A DNA stretch of 38,151 bases from a virus (Duplodnaviria; Caudoviricetes): IMG/VR virus record IMGVR_UViG_3300012914_000005, positions 1 to 38,151 of that record. The stretch is one strand, 5' to 3'. The notes beneath the pieces were generated by a model. It made no database searches. It was given only the letters and a program-made list of their open reading frames with translations, and was not told where the DNA came from. Shown in pieces: positions 7,542 through 16,213 of the stretch (position 1 is its first letter; the number at the start of each line of letters is the position of its first letter). A program made the translations under genes and the position numbers.

Positions 7542-7578
7542 CACCGCCCCCGCTCTCAGGTCCGAAGCGGGGGCGGTG
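7542..7578 (-). terminator. GC-rich hairpin, probable terminator/attenuator
   Basis: 13 bp inverted repeat CACCGCCCCCGCT/AGCGGGGGCGGTG followed by CTTT on the minus strand. Confidence 0.6.
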
Positions 7579-7593
7579 TGGTGCTCAGGGATA

Positions 7594-8085
7594 CTACGTC
7601 CCGGCTCCGTCCGGCCGGTCCACGTAGGACCGATCTCGCGCCCCCTTGATCTTGGCGGGGTCGCGCACCCAGACCCCGCCGGCCAGCATGTGATCGCTCG
7701 CCAGCCACCTACACCGGCACAGGGCGCTCATGGGCACCCGGGCGAACCGGTGGGAGAGATCGCACTCCGGCACCGGCGGCTTGAGCGGGTGGTCACAGAT
7801 CTCGCAGTCCCCCGTAGCCCGATGTGCGTCTGCCGTGTGACCACACACGCACAGCGTGGTGGGGGACTGCACCCCGGCCGGGAGGTCGCACGCGGTGCGG
7901 GTCACCGGCGGCGCCGCAATCACATGGCCCCAATCCTTCACCGCGGCTGCCGTGGTCGCGTTCATCTTGGTCACGATCTCGGCTGCCCGGTCGTCGATCT
8001 CCTGGATCTTCTCCATGTGCACCGCCCGCCGGGCCTTGAGGTCGGCCAGCTCGTCCGCGGCTGATTCGTAGTCGTTCTCGGGCAT
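7594..8085 (-). CDS. hypothetical protein (coiled-coil N-terminus, Cys/His-rich C-terminus)
   Basis: AGGAG RBS before ATG 8085; CVCGH...H...CEIC. Confidence 0.7.
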   Translation of the reverse strand: MPENDYESAADELADLKARRAVHMEKIQEIDDRAAEIVTKMNATTAAAVKDWGHVIAAPPVTRTACDLPAGVQSPTTLCVCGHTADAHRATGDCEICDHPLKPPVPECDLSHRFARVPMSALCRCRWLASDHMLAGGVWVRDPAKIKGARDRSYVDRPDGAGT

Positions 8086-8099
8086 GTCGTCTCCTGAGG

Positions 8100-8834
8100 T
8101 CAGTGGTCGTGCGCGATGTTTCCGGGGTCGTTCTGTGGTCCGTCCGAATCGTCGTCGTCGCACCACTCGTCATCGTCATCACCCAGAGCGGTGTGCGCCG
8201 CGGCCAGCAGCCGGCGGTTCTCGTTGGTCTGGTCGATCCACGTCTGGATCACAGCTCCACTGACCAGGTAGTCGGCCCCCGGGTCGAACGGGTGTTCCGG
8301 CAGCAGCTCGCCACCGGCGCCCAGCCGGATTGTCGGGGCGTGCTCGGTCGGCTCGCCCAGCATCGGCTGGATCTCGTGCAGCAGATCCGTGATCAGTTCC
8401 GGGCTCACCGTGGCCATGGCCCGGTGCGTGAACAGCAGCTGTCGCAGACTCGGGCGCTCCCGGTCGGTACCCAGCCGAACCGCACACGCTGCGCACGGGG
8501 CCGAGGGGCGGCACTCGTCGGACGGGCCTCGGCTGTTGGTCACGATCTCCTCGATCATCGCTTGACCCTGCACCGCCGCGGGCACGGAGTAGTCGGACGG
8601 GCCCCTGGTTTCGTAACGGATCTCCACCACGCACCCCGGGTCGCCGACCGTGTGCGGGCCCTGGTGAGGTGAGCAATTGCAGCTCGGACCTTTCATGATC
8701 TCCACTTTCTGCTCGATCGTCGGTTTTTCTTCTGGCAACGACACGTCGTGACGAGATGCCACGTGCGCCCACCTCCCGTCCCCGGTCGGCACGGGGGTGC
8801 ATAGGCCGCAGCTCGGACCATCGTTCATCGTCAT
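8100..8834 (-). CDS. hypothetical protein with repeated GPS-(C/D) segments
   Basis: GGGAG RBS (ATG 8834 or 8828); operon context. Confidence 0.65.
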   Translation of the reverse strand: MTMNDGPSCGLCTPVPTGDGRWAHVASRHDVSLPEEKPTIEQKVEIMKGPSCNCSPHQGPHTVGDPGCVVEIRYETRGPSDYSVPAAVQGQAMIEEIVTNSRGPSDECRPSAPCAACAVRLGTDRERPSLRQLLFTHRAMATVSPELITDLLHEIQPMLGEPTEHAPTIRLGAGGELLPEHPFDPGADYLVSGAVIQTWIDQTNENRRLLAAAHTALGDDDDEWCDDDDSDGPQNDPGNIAHDH

Positions 8835-8838
8835 CTCC

Positions 8839-9075
8839 CTAAACCTTGTCGGGGCAGTGGATTTCCCCGCCATCACAGGCGGAGTCGTGCACGTGGTCGC
8901 CTCCCGGAGCCGGGACCATGCTGGTGATGACGGCCCGGTCGTAGCGGATCTCGGCCGGGCGGAGCCGGCCACCGACCTCCACCCGGCCGGGGGTGCCTGG
9001 CGGGAACGTTCGTTCCAGCGTGCGGACGCTGCAGCCCAGGGCCGCCGCCGCCTCGGTCTTGCTCATCGTTTCCAT
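8839..9075 (-). CDS. HTH DNA-binding protein (excisionase/Cro-like)
   Basis: MSKTEAAAALGCSVRTLER helix-turn-helix; first, leaderless gene of the leftward operon. Confidence 0.8.
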   Translation of the reverse strand: METMSKTEAAAALGCSVRTLERTFPPGTPGRVEVGGRLRPAEIRYDRAVITSMVPAPGGDHVHDSACDGGEIHCPDKV

Positions 9076-9081
9076 GAGGCC

Positions 9082-9124
9082 ATTCTGTCATCGACTTGAC
9101 GGCAGTGTCCACTCTGTCTAAAGT
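9082..9124. promoter_or_regulatory. overlapping divergent promoters
   Basis: plus: TTGACG (9096-9101)-17-TAAAGT (9119-9124); minus: TGGACA (9111-9106)-18-CAGAAT (9087-9082); CTCTGTCTA box at 9112-9120. Confidence 0.7.
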
Positions 9125-9165
9125 CAGTCGAGTCAGCACGGGACGACGACAACGGGAGGAACACC

Positions 9166-9615
9166 ATGGACTTGATCGAGGCAGCACAGCGGATCGCCGC
9201 GGTGAGTGCGGACCTGAACCGCAACAACGAGGCGCGTAGCCGGATCGCCGACCGGCTGGCACAGCTGCATCAGGAGGTCACGAGCATCGTGACCGATATC
9301 GAGGAGCTGAAGGAACCGCTTGAGGGCAAGACGGCCGAGATGGCCGAACTGGACGAGTACCTGGAAACGGCCCTGGCCGCGGACATGGAGCACCAGCTGG
9401 GCCGGGCCGACTCGATCTCCGGCTGCAAGGACGAGCTGGCCCAGGCCAACGAGCAGGTGATGTCGGCGCACTCCCAGGTGGAGGAGGCCGGCGGCCTGAC
9501 CAGCTCGTTGCACGAGGGCATCCAGGCCGCCGCCGAGCAGATGACCACGGCCGGGACGTCGATCACCGATGCCGAGGGGCACTGCGACAACGCCTTGTCC
9601 GCTCTCAATGGGTGA
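9166..9615 (+). CDS. acidic all-helical/coiled-coil hypothetical protein
   Basis: GGGAGG RBS, typical codon usage, heptad pattern. Confidence 0.75.
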   Translation: MDLIEAAQRIAAVSADLNRNNEARSRIADRLAQLHQEVTSIVTDIEELKEPLEGKTAEMAELDEYLETALAADMEHQLGRADSISGCKDELAQANEQVMSAHSQVEEAGGLTSSLHEGIQAAAEQMTTAGTSITDAEGHCDNALSALNG

Positions 9616-9952
9616 CGAGCCGGGAAAGTGGCGCGATGAGCCGATCGAGCCGGCCCGACCCACGGCCAAGCCGAGAGAGATCACATCCCAGGCCGAGGAC
9701 CACTGCCCGAACTGCTTCCGGTGGTCGACCTGGAACGGTCAGGAGTGCACGGCCCGGGACTGCGGAGCCATCAGCGGCGATGCCCCGCGCAGTCCGGTGT
9801 ACCCGGTCCAGCCCGGGCTGAGCAACAGCTACATCTCTGACCGCCGGGCAGCGATGAAACGCGACCGCCAGGAAGCAGTGGCGGCCAAGGTCGCCAGCAC
9901 CATCAGCGCGATCGTCGGACCCATCCTCAGGATTTTCAAGAGACGGAGGTAG
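9608..9952 (+). CDS. hypothetical zinc-ribbon protein
   Basis: CPNC...CTARDCG; ATG 9608 overlaps the upstream gene end. Confidence 0.6.
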   Translation: MGDEPGKWRDEPIEPARPTAKPREITSQAEDHCPNCFRWSTWNGQECTARDCGAISGDAPRSPVYPVQPGLSNSYISDRRAAMKRDRQEAVAAKVASTISAIVGPILRIFKRRR

Positions 9953-9955
9953 CAC

Positions 9956-11587
9956 GTGGCGCTGTCACCACGCCCGTACCAGGTCGACATCATGGCCGAG
10001 ATCGATCGGATGATCGCCAAGGGTGAGCGGCCGGGCGCGGTGGCAGCCACCGGCCTGGGCAAGACCGTGACGTTCTCGGCCTGGCTGGCGGCCCGGTCCG
10101 CCCAGGGCGGCCGGTCGCTCGTGCTGGTGCACCGCGACGAGCTGGCCAGCCAGGCCCGGGACACGATTCACCGGATGCAGCCTCAGCTCCGGCCGGGGAT
10201 CGTCATGGCCAACCAGAACGACTACGACAGGCCGGTGGTCGTCGCCTCGGTGCAGACTCTGGCCCGGGCCCCGTACCGCCGGCGCGACTCGATCCGGGAC
10301 GTCCGGCGGATCGTGGCGGACGAGTGCCACCGTGCCGCCGCTCCCACCTGGCGGAGCACCCTGAACCACTTCGGGGCGTTCGCCGGGGTGCCGACTGTCG
10401 GCTTCACCGCCACGATGAGCCGGGACGCCCGGGACAAGTACGGCCTGGGTGAGGTCTGGACCGATGTGGTCAAGCGGCCGGACGGCGGGGCCTACGACAC
10501 GCTGTGGGGGATCAGGAACGGGTTCCTTTGCGACGTCCGGGGGATCAGGGTCCAGGTACCCGACCTGGACCTGTCCGGGGTCCGGGTCAGGGGCGGTGAT
10601 CTCCAGCAGGAGGAGACCGCGGAACGGATGCTGGACGCCAACACCGGTGAGGCGATCGTCAAGGCGATCGCGGAGTTCGCCCCGGACGGGCGGGGGGTGG
10701 TGTTCGCCCCGAACGTCGAGACGTCGCTGGATTTCGCGGCGACGATGAACGCGGCCGGGATCAGGACCGGCACGATCCTTGGCACCACCCCGAAGCCGGA
10801 GCGAACCCGGCTGTTCAGCCAGTTCCGATCCGGCGAACTGCAGTGGCTGACGAACGCCATGGTCCTGACCGAGGGGTGGGACGCGCCCCACTGCGACACC
10901 CTGGTCATCGCCCGGCCGACCAAGTCACCGGGGCTGTACCAGCAGATGATCGGCCGGGGACTGCGGCTGTTCCCCGGCAAGACCGAATGTCTCGTGCTGG
11001 ACGTCTGCGGCGCCACCGCTGTGCACGGCCTGGCCAGCCTGGTCGATCTGTCCATGGACAAAAAGATCAAGCCCAAGGACAACCAGAGCTTGCTGGAAGC
11101 TGAAGATGAGTACGACGCTATCGAGGACGATCCGGGGCTGGAAGCCTGGCTGCCGGCCCCGCCGCCGGTGCACTCGGTGGTCGGTACCGAGGTCGACATG
11201 TTCGGCGAGTCGCACACGCTCTGGCTGCAGACAGCCCGGGGGACGTGGTTCATCCCGGCCGGCGACTCGCTGTTCTTCCTCTGGGAACAGCCGGACGGGG
11301 TGTTCACCCTGGGCCTGACCACGAAAGCATGGACCTCGGCTCAGCCGCTCTGGATTCAGAACGACCTGGACCTTGAGATCGGGATGGCCCTGGCTGAGCA
11401 GTATGCCGGGGAGTATGCCCCGGAGATCACCAGCAAGACCGCCGGCTGGCGCCAGCAGGGCCGGGCGACCCCGGGCCAGCGACGGGACCTGGAGCGGTAT
11501 GGGGTCCCGGCTCGCAAGACCATGACCAGCGCCCAGGCGTACGACGAGATCAACCGTGCAATAGCGACTTTCAGATTGGATCACTGA
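9956..11587 (+). CDS. superfamily 2 DExH helicase
   Basis: PRPYQ, ATGLGKT, DECH, GFTAT, LTEGWDAP, YQQMIGRGLR. Confidence 0.95.
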   Translation: MALSPRPYQVDIMAEIDRMIAKGERPGAVAATGLGKTVTFSAWLAARSAQGGRSLVLVHRDELASQARDTIHRMQPQLRPGIVMANQNDYDRPVVVASVQTLARAPYRRRDSIRDVRRIVADECHRAAAPTWRSTLNHFGAFAGVPTVGFTATMSRDARDKYGLGEVWTDVVKRPDGGAYDTLWGIRNGFLCDVRGIRVQVPDLDLSGVRVRGGDLQQEETAERMLDANTGEAIVKAIAEFAPDGRGVVFAPNVETSLDFAATMNAAGIRTGTILGTTPKPERTRLFSQFRSGELQWLTNAMVLTEGWDAPHCDTLVIARPTKSPGLYQQMIGRGLRLFPGKTECLVLDVCGATAVHGLASLVDLSMDKKIKPKDNQSLLEAEDEYDAIEDDPGLEAWLPAPPPVHSVVGTEVDMFGESHTLWLQTARGTWFIPAGDSLFFLWEQPDGVFTLGLTTKAWTSAQPLWIQNDLDLEIGMALAEQYAGEYAPEITSKTAGWRQQGRATPGQRRDLERYGVPARKTMTSAQAYDEINRAIATFRLDH

Positions 11588-12003
11588 TGACCGCACCCCC
11601 GAAACGGTGTGCGTACGGGGCGTGTACCGGCAAGGCAGAATTCCGGATCACGTTCCGTTCCGTCCACTTCCCGGAGCAAGACAGTATCGCCGACGTCTGC
11701 AGGGAGCACTCCCTGAACTGGCCCCGGGCCGCAGGTACGCCGCTACGGCGTGAGCCCCTGCCCCGGCCTGCCCCGGCCGGCGCCGGCCGGTGTGAAATCA
11801 GCCCGTGCGGGGGACTGGCTGAGTTCATCGTCAGTTTCACGAAAGAGATTGGAGGACTCGACTTTCCGGGATCAGCCAAGGTGTGTACCCGGCATGAGGC
11901 AGAATGGCCCAGCAGGAACTGGGGCACCAAGAAAGGTAGCGCCCGGTTCCGGACGAACCGGCCCGGCCGACCCCCGGCGCAGCGCCCGAAAGGCAACACG
12001 TGA
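11587..12003 (+). CDS. hypothetical protein with two tandem Zn-finger-like repeats
   Basis: C-x4-C...AEF.I/V.F...VC..H...WP occurs twice. Confidence 0.65.
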   Translation: MTAPPKRCAYGACTGKAEFRITFRSVHFPEQDSIADVCREHSLNWPRAAGTPLRREPLPRPAPAGAGRCEISPCGGLAEFIVSFTKEIGGLDFPGSAKVCTRHEAEWPSRNWGTKKGSARFRTNRPGRPPAQRPKGNT

Positions 12004-12155
12004 ACACCGCAAAACTTGTCATCGCACTGATTCTCACCCTGACCGCAGTAACCGCTGCTGCGCTCTACGGCGAGCAGTGGATGACGGAAAGCCAGCAAGG
12101 CGACACCATCCGGCAGTGCCAATACGTCGAAAGCGAGTGCCCTGATCATGGCTGA
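12000..12155 (+). CDS. 51 aa membrane/secreted protein (MNTAKLVIALILTLTAV...)
   Basis: GAAAGG RBS, GTGA overlap, hydrophobic N-terminus. Confidence 0.6.
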   Translation: MNTAKLVIALILTLTAVTAAALYGEQWMTESQQGDTIRQCQYVESECPDHG

Positions 12156-14118
12156 TGCGTTCGGAGATCCCGGCAAGGGAACCACCGCCCCGGAGCGGGC
12201 CCGGGGTGATGCCGAGGAACGGGCCGAGGTCCCCCGCGACCAGTGGGACCGGTACCGGCTGCCGCACCTGGACGGCACCAAGACTGCTGCTAATAAAGGG
12301 TTTACGCGGGTCAGCACGATCAAGTCGGGGCTGAGCAACCAGACCGGTATCAAGATCTGGACCGGCGAGAAGATCGTGGACGGCCTGGCCGGATCACCCG
12401 AGGCCATCACCGCCGCGATGAAGGCCCAGACGATCATCGACCCGATCGAGCGCAAGCGTGCTCTGCGGAAGATCGCCGACCAGGCGTTCGTGGCCGGCGG
12501 GGGCAAGGAACGGTCCGGGCGGGGGACGAATTTCCACGCTGTCACCGAGGAGCTGAACCGTGGTGATATCGACCTGGCCACCGCCGAGGCCCGGCTGTCC
12601 GAGGAGGACCGGCCCAGTCTGCGCCGGTACTACGAGGCGCTGGACGCCAACCACATCCAGATCCTGCCGCAGTTCCTGGAACGTCAGGTTCTGTGCCCGT
12701 ACAACGCGGCGGGTACGTTCGACAACATCGTCCGGTGGTGGAACCCCGACACCGAGGACTACGAGCTCATGGTCGGCGACCTCAAGACCGGCCGGTCGCT
12801 GGACCTGGCGTGGCTGGAGATCCTGATTCAGCTCTGGATGTACGCGAACGCCTACGCGCTCTGGAACACGGCCGATACCGTGGTCGACCAGGACGGCAAG
12901 GTGCTGGACATCACCGGCCACTACGAACCGATGCCGGCGGAACTGCGCAAGGACAAGGCGTGCATCATCCACGTCCCGCTCGACGGTACCGCCACGGTCT
13001 ACATCCTGGACCTGGGCGGGGTGCAGGAGTGGGTCGAAGCCGCGGTGGTGGGCAAGCGGGCGAACGCGGAGGCCAAGCACAAGGTCCGCCGGCTGGAAAC
13101 CTCGGCGGCACCCGCGTTCGTCGCTCCTGGAGGTCAGTACCTGGACACCCCGGGTACGGGATCGGCGCTCCCTCTGGCCACCCCGGAGGCCGAGGCTCTG
13201 GCGCTGGACCCCGCTCTGAAGTATCACCCCGGCATCACCGAACAGGTCCGGGCACCGATCCAGTACCCGACCCCGGACGCCCAGGCCCAGGCTGACCTTG
13301 CTCAGGCCCGGCTGGCCAAGCTCAACGAGCTGGCCATCGCGGACGGTCGCAACGATGAGACCGACGAGCCGCAGGTCTCTGACCACCCGTACACCCTGCT
13401 GGACGGCGTCGGCAAGCCCCTGGGGCCGATGGCGGACAAGTCCAAGAAAGAGCGTGGGTGCGGGGTCTGCGGGCGCAAGGGGCACAAGTCCCTGATCAAG
13501 GGCGAGCCGAACCCGGTATGCCTGGGCGACAACGATCCCGCGATCAAGGCGGTTGGGGACGCGGTGCGTGCTGCAGCCCCCGGCCCGGACGGGGTCGAAC
13601 TGGTCAAGCCGACCATGGCCGAGGTCGAGGCGTTCGTCGCGGAGCCGGAGACCAGCACGATCAGCCCCGAGGGTCCACCGCCCGGGCCGCCGGTCATCAC
13701 CCTGGACCACGCCGCTCCCGCTGCAGACGTCGCTCCGGAGCACGCCCGGTACGAGCCCGAGGTGCTGCCCTACTGCCACCTGGCACACGCTCACGACTTC
13801 ACGTCGACCTACCCCGGCCGGGAGGGCGAGTGGGTGTGCGCCAAGACCGGGAAGGTGACCCGGGAGGTCTGGGAGAAGCGGCAGACCGAGGCTCAGCCGA
13901 TCATCGATGTCCACCGCTACCTGCCGCCCCCGGCCCCGGCCTGGCCGGTCATAGCCGCCCCGGAGCTGACCCCGGCCCAGCGGGTAGCGGCGGACGTCGA
14001 GGCCAGCACCAATCACTCCCGGCTGGCCACGGTCCGGCAGCAGGCGATCGAGGCCGGGGCCTGGACCAGCGACCTTGAGGCCGCGGCCTGGAAGAAGTAC
14101 CAGGAGCTGACCGGGTGA
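12148..14118 (+). CDS. PD-(D/E)XK exonuclease (RecE/Cas4-like) with long C-terminal extension
   Basis: RVSTI, RGTNFH, AGTFD, VGDLKTG, QLWMYANA; extension carries CGVCGRKGH. Confidence 0.85.
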   Translation: MADAFGDPGKGTTAPERARGDAEERAEVPRDQWDRYRLPHLDGTKTAANKGFTRVSTIKSGLSNQTGIKIWTGEKIVDGLAGSPEAITAAMKAQTIIDPIERKRALRKIADQAFVAGGGKERSGRGTNFHAVTEELNRGDIDLATAEARLSEEDRPSLRRYYEALDANHIQILPQFLERQVLCPYNAAGTFDNIVRWWNPDTEDYELMVGDLKTGRSLDLAWLEILIQLWMYANAYALWNTADTVVDQDGKVLDITGHYEPMPAELRKDKACIIHVPLDGTATVYILDLGGVQEWVEAAVVGKRANAEAKHKVRRLETSAAPAFVAPGGQYLDTPGTGSALPLATPEAEALALDPALKYHPGITEQVRAPIQYPTPDAQAQADLAQARLAKLNELAIADGRNDETDEPQVSDHPYTLLDGVGKPLGPMADKSKKERGCGVCGRKGHKSLIKGEPNPVCLGDNDPAIKAVGDAVRAAAPGPDGVELVKPTMAEVEAFVAEPETSTISPEGPPPGPPVITLDHAAPAADVAPEHARYEPEVLPYCHLAHAHDFTSTYPGREGEWVCAKTGKVTREVWEKRQTEAQPIIDVHRYLPPPAPAWPVIAAPELTPAQRVAADVEASTNHSRLATVRQQAIEAGAWTSDLEAAAWKKYQELTG

Positions 14119-14207
14119 GGGAGCGGCTGGCGCTGGCCGCCCTGTTCCTGCTGTTCGCCGCTGTGACCGGCGGCACCGGCTGGGTGCTCGCTCCGTTCCT
14201 GTCCTGA
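14115..14207 (+). CDS. 30 aa membrane peptide (MRERLALAALFLLF...)
   Basis: GTGA overlap, AGGAG upstream, single hydrophobic helix. Confidence 0.5.
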   Translation: MRERLALAALFLLFAAVTGGTGWVLAPFLS

Positions 14208-14267
14208 AACTGTCCGACCCTCACCGTAGGGTCGGGACCACCGCACGAGACGACGAAAGGCACCATC

Positions 14268-15194
14268 GTGACTCAGAACCCCTACGCCCAGCAGCCTCAG
14301 CAGGGTCCGCCCCCGGGCTGGCCGCCGGGGCCCGCCCAGCAGCAGGCCGGGCCCCCGCCGGGCTGGAAACCTGCCCCGGCCTACGGCACCCCGCCGCCGG
14401 CCCAGCCGGCCAGCACCGGTGAGGACGCGTTTGGCGACCCCGGTGGGGACGACTCGTTCGACGGCGATGCCCCGGCGTTGCACCAGCTGGCCGGCCGGCT
14501 GATCCTCTGGCGTCCCCGCAAGAACTCCATCTCCCAGGGGACCCCGTACGGCAAGCCCACCGAGCTGGAGGACAAGATGCGGGTGGACATCATCGTCCTG
14601 GACGGTCCCCCGATCGCTGCGCATATCAACGGCGACACCCAGGCCCAGACCCCGTTCGCGACCGGCCCGAAGGTGGCCCCGTTCTACCTGGGCGGGGTCC
14701 AGGTCAACAAGGTGATCTTGAAAAAGCTCATGGACTACCACAACTCCCCCGACCCGAAGTCGACGTGCCTCGCCCGGTTCGTCAAGACGCCGCCGAAGGG
14801 CCAGGGCAAGCCGTACAACGACCTGGCGGTAGCCACCGACCAGGACAAGGCGACGGCCCGGGAACTGGCCGGCGGCCCGTCGCTGCAGCGGTGGGACGAG
14901 CTGAAGACAGCGGCCGACATCGCTGGCCCGGCCCGGCCCGACCAGTTCGGTGGACCGGCTCAGCAGGGTCCCCCGCCGGTGCAGTGGAACGTCCCGGCCC
15001 CGGCTCAGCAGTCGGCTCCGGCCGTCCCGGGACCGGGCGGGTACACCGAGCAGTGGAACGCCCCGCAGCAGCAGCCGGCCCCGGCCGGTCCTCCCCCGGG
15101 CTGGACTCCTCCGCCCGCCCAGCAGCCGGCTCCGGCCGGGCCGCCCCCGGCTTGGGCGCCGACCGAGCCCTGGGCCGGTCAGCCCCCGTACTGA
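14268..15194 (+). CDS. Pro/Gln-rich protein, possible ssDNA-binding/annealing protein
   Basis: GAAAGG RBS; globular core flanked by GPPPGW repeats, aromatic C-terminus (PPY); follows the exonuclease; function inferred from synteny. Confidence 0.55.
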   Translation: MTQNPYAQQPQQGPPPGWPPGPAQQQAGPPPGWKPAPAYGTPPPAQPASTGEDAFGDPGGDDSFDGDAPALHQLAGRLILWRPRKNSISQGTPYGKPTELEDKMRVDIIVLDGPPIAAHINGDTQAQTPFATGPKVAPFYLGGVQVNKVILKKLMDYHNSPDPKSTCLARFVKTPPKGQGKPYNDLAVATDQDKATARELAGGPSLQRWDELKTAADIAGPARPDQFGGPAQQGPPPVQWNVPAPAQQSAPAVPGPGGYTEQWNAPQQQPAPAGPPPGWTPPPAQQPAPAGPPPAWAPTEPWAGQPPY

Positions 15195-15206
15195 CCTGAC
15201 CTGATC

Positions 15207-15243
15207 ACGGCCCCGGCACACTTCCCCGTGCCGGGGCCGTTCT
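15207..15243 (+). terminator. intrinsic terminator
   Basis: ACGGCCCCGGCAC/GTGCCGGGGCCGT 13 bp stem followed by TCT. Confidence 0.7.
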
Positions 15244-15248
15244 ACGTG

Positions 15249-15277
15249 TTGACGTCTCTGTCTAGAGTGTCTATAGT
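15249..15277 (+). promoter_or_regulatory. strong sigma-A-like promoter, leaderless, with operator-like box
   Basis: TTGACG-17-TATAGT; ATG 15284 lies 6 nt downstream; TCTCTGTCTAGAG in the spacer. Confidence 0.85.
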
Positions 15278-15283
15278 CAAGGC

Positions 15284-15562
15284 ATGACCTCAGCCACTGC
15301 CGAACTTGCCTCGATCGCTGCCGACCTGGCCGCCCTGACCGCTCGCCAGGACGCGACCCCCGCCCCCGACGTGGACCAGGCGGTGCAGGACTTCCTCCTG
15401 ACCGACACCCAGCGGCTGATGGACAAGGTCCGGGACATGGTCCGGGCGGTCCCGATCCAGCACCGCCCGGACTTCGCCGCTGGCTACTTGGAAGGCCCGC
15501 AGACAGGCGGCCCGGACCCCGTGCTGGAGAGCATCCTGCAGGGCGTGACCAGCCCGTGCTGA
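15284..15562 (+). CDS. hypothetical protein
   Basis: leaderless first gene of the operon. Confidence 0.75.
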   Translation: MTSATAELASIAADLAALTARQDATPAPDVDQAVQDFLLTDTQRLMDKVRDMVRAVPIQHRPDFAAGYLEGPQTGGPDPVLESILQGVTSPC

Positions 15563-15765
15563 CTTACCTGCTGACGCTGGCGGAGCACCTCGGTTCCGCC
15601 GTACAGGCGCCGCTCGACCGGCTGGCCACCCGGCGCGCCCGGGCCCTGGCGCTGATGTTCGAGCAGACCGGGGAGGTCGGCCCGGACCCGGACGGGGAGT
15701 TCTGCCCCGGCTGGCCGGCCGGAGAGACATCCGCCACCTACATCTCAAGGGAGATCGCACGATGA
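15556..15765 (+). CDS. hypothetical protein
   Basis: overlaps both neighbours; typical codon usage. Confidence 0.6.
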   Translation: MLTYLLTLAEHLGSAVQAPLDRLATRRARALALMFEQTGEVGPDPDGEFCPGWPAGETSATYISREIAR

Positions 15766-16082
15766 GCAACGTCCGCAAGATCGCCGACCGCAACCGGACC
15801 GACCACATCCGGGCTGAGCGTAGCTGGCGAGAAGACGCCCCGTTCGACTGGGCCGCCGACACCGTGATCATCCTGCCGGTGGACCCGACCCCGACACCGG
15901 CCAGCCCGTTCTCCGCGATCGATGCCGGGGAGCCTCAGCGGCCGCCCCGGGTGAAGTACCAGCGCCCCCGCCCCGCGTGGGGTGCGGTCGGCGCGATCGC
16001 CGGTGTCAGCTGGCTGATCGGCGTGGTCTACTCGCCAGCTGTCAACGCGGTCGCCGCTGAGCTGGGCCGGTGGATGGGATGA
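15762..16082 (+). CDS. hypothetical membrane protein
   Basis: AGGGAG RBS, ATGA overlap, C-terminal hydrophobic helix. Confidence 0.7.
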   Translation: MSNVRKIADRNRTDHIRAERSWREDAPFDWAADTVIILPVDPTPTPASPFSAIDAGEPQRPPRVKYQRPRPAWGAVGAIAGVSWLIGVVYSPAVNAVAAELGRWMG

Positions 16083-16213
16083 GCCTTACCTCAGTGCCTC
16101 CGCTCCCGGCCTCAGCCCGGTCCTGCGACGGGTTCGTGCCCGACACTGAGGGCGACCCCTCGGACTGCGACCTCTGCGCGATGCCGGACTACTTCCACCC
16201 GGAGGTCCGATGA
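16079..16213 (+). CDS. 44 aa Cys/His microprotein (MSLTSVPP...CDLC...FHPEVR)
   Basis: ATGA overlaps at both ends. Confidence 0.6.
   Translation: MSLTSVPPLPASARSCDGFVPDTEGDPSDCDLCAMPDYFHPEVR

Noticed and set aside
12148-14118. Cas4 as evidence of a CRISPR-Cas system
   Set aside because: A stand-alone phage PD-(D/E)XK exonuclease in a replication/recombination context, without the Cas4 Fe-S cysteine pattern
12394-15221. 540 aa and 402 aa minus-strand ORFs
   Set aside because: Antisense shadows of the exonuclease and Pro-rich genes
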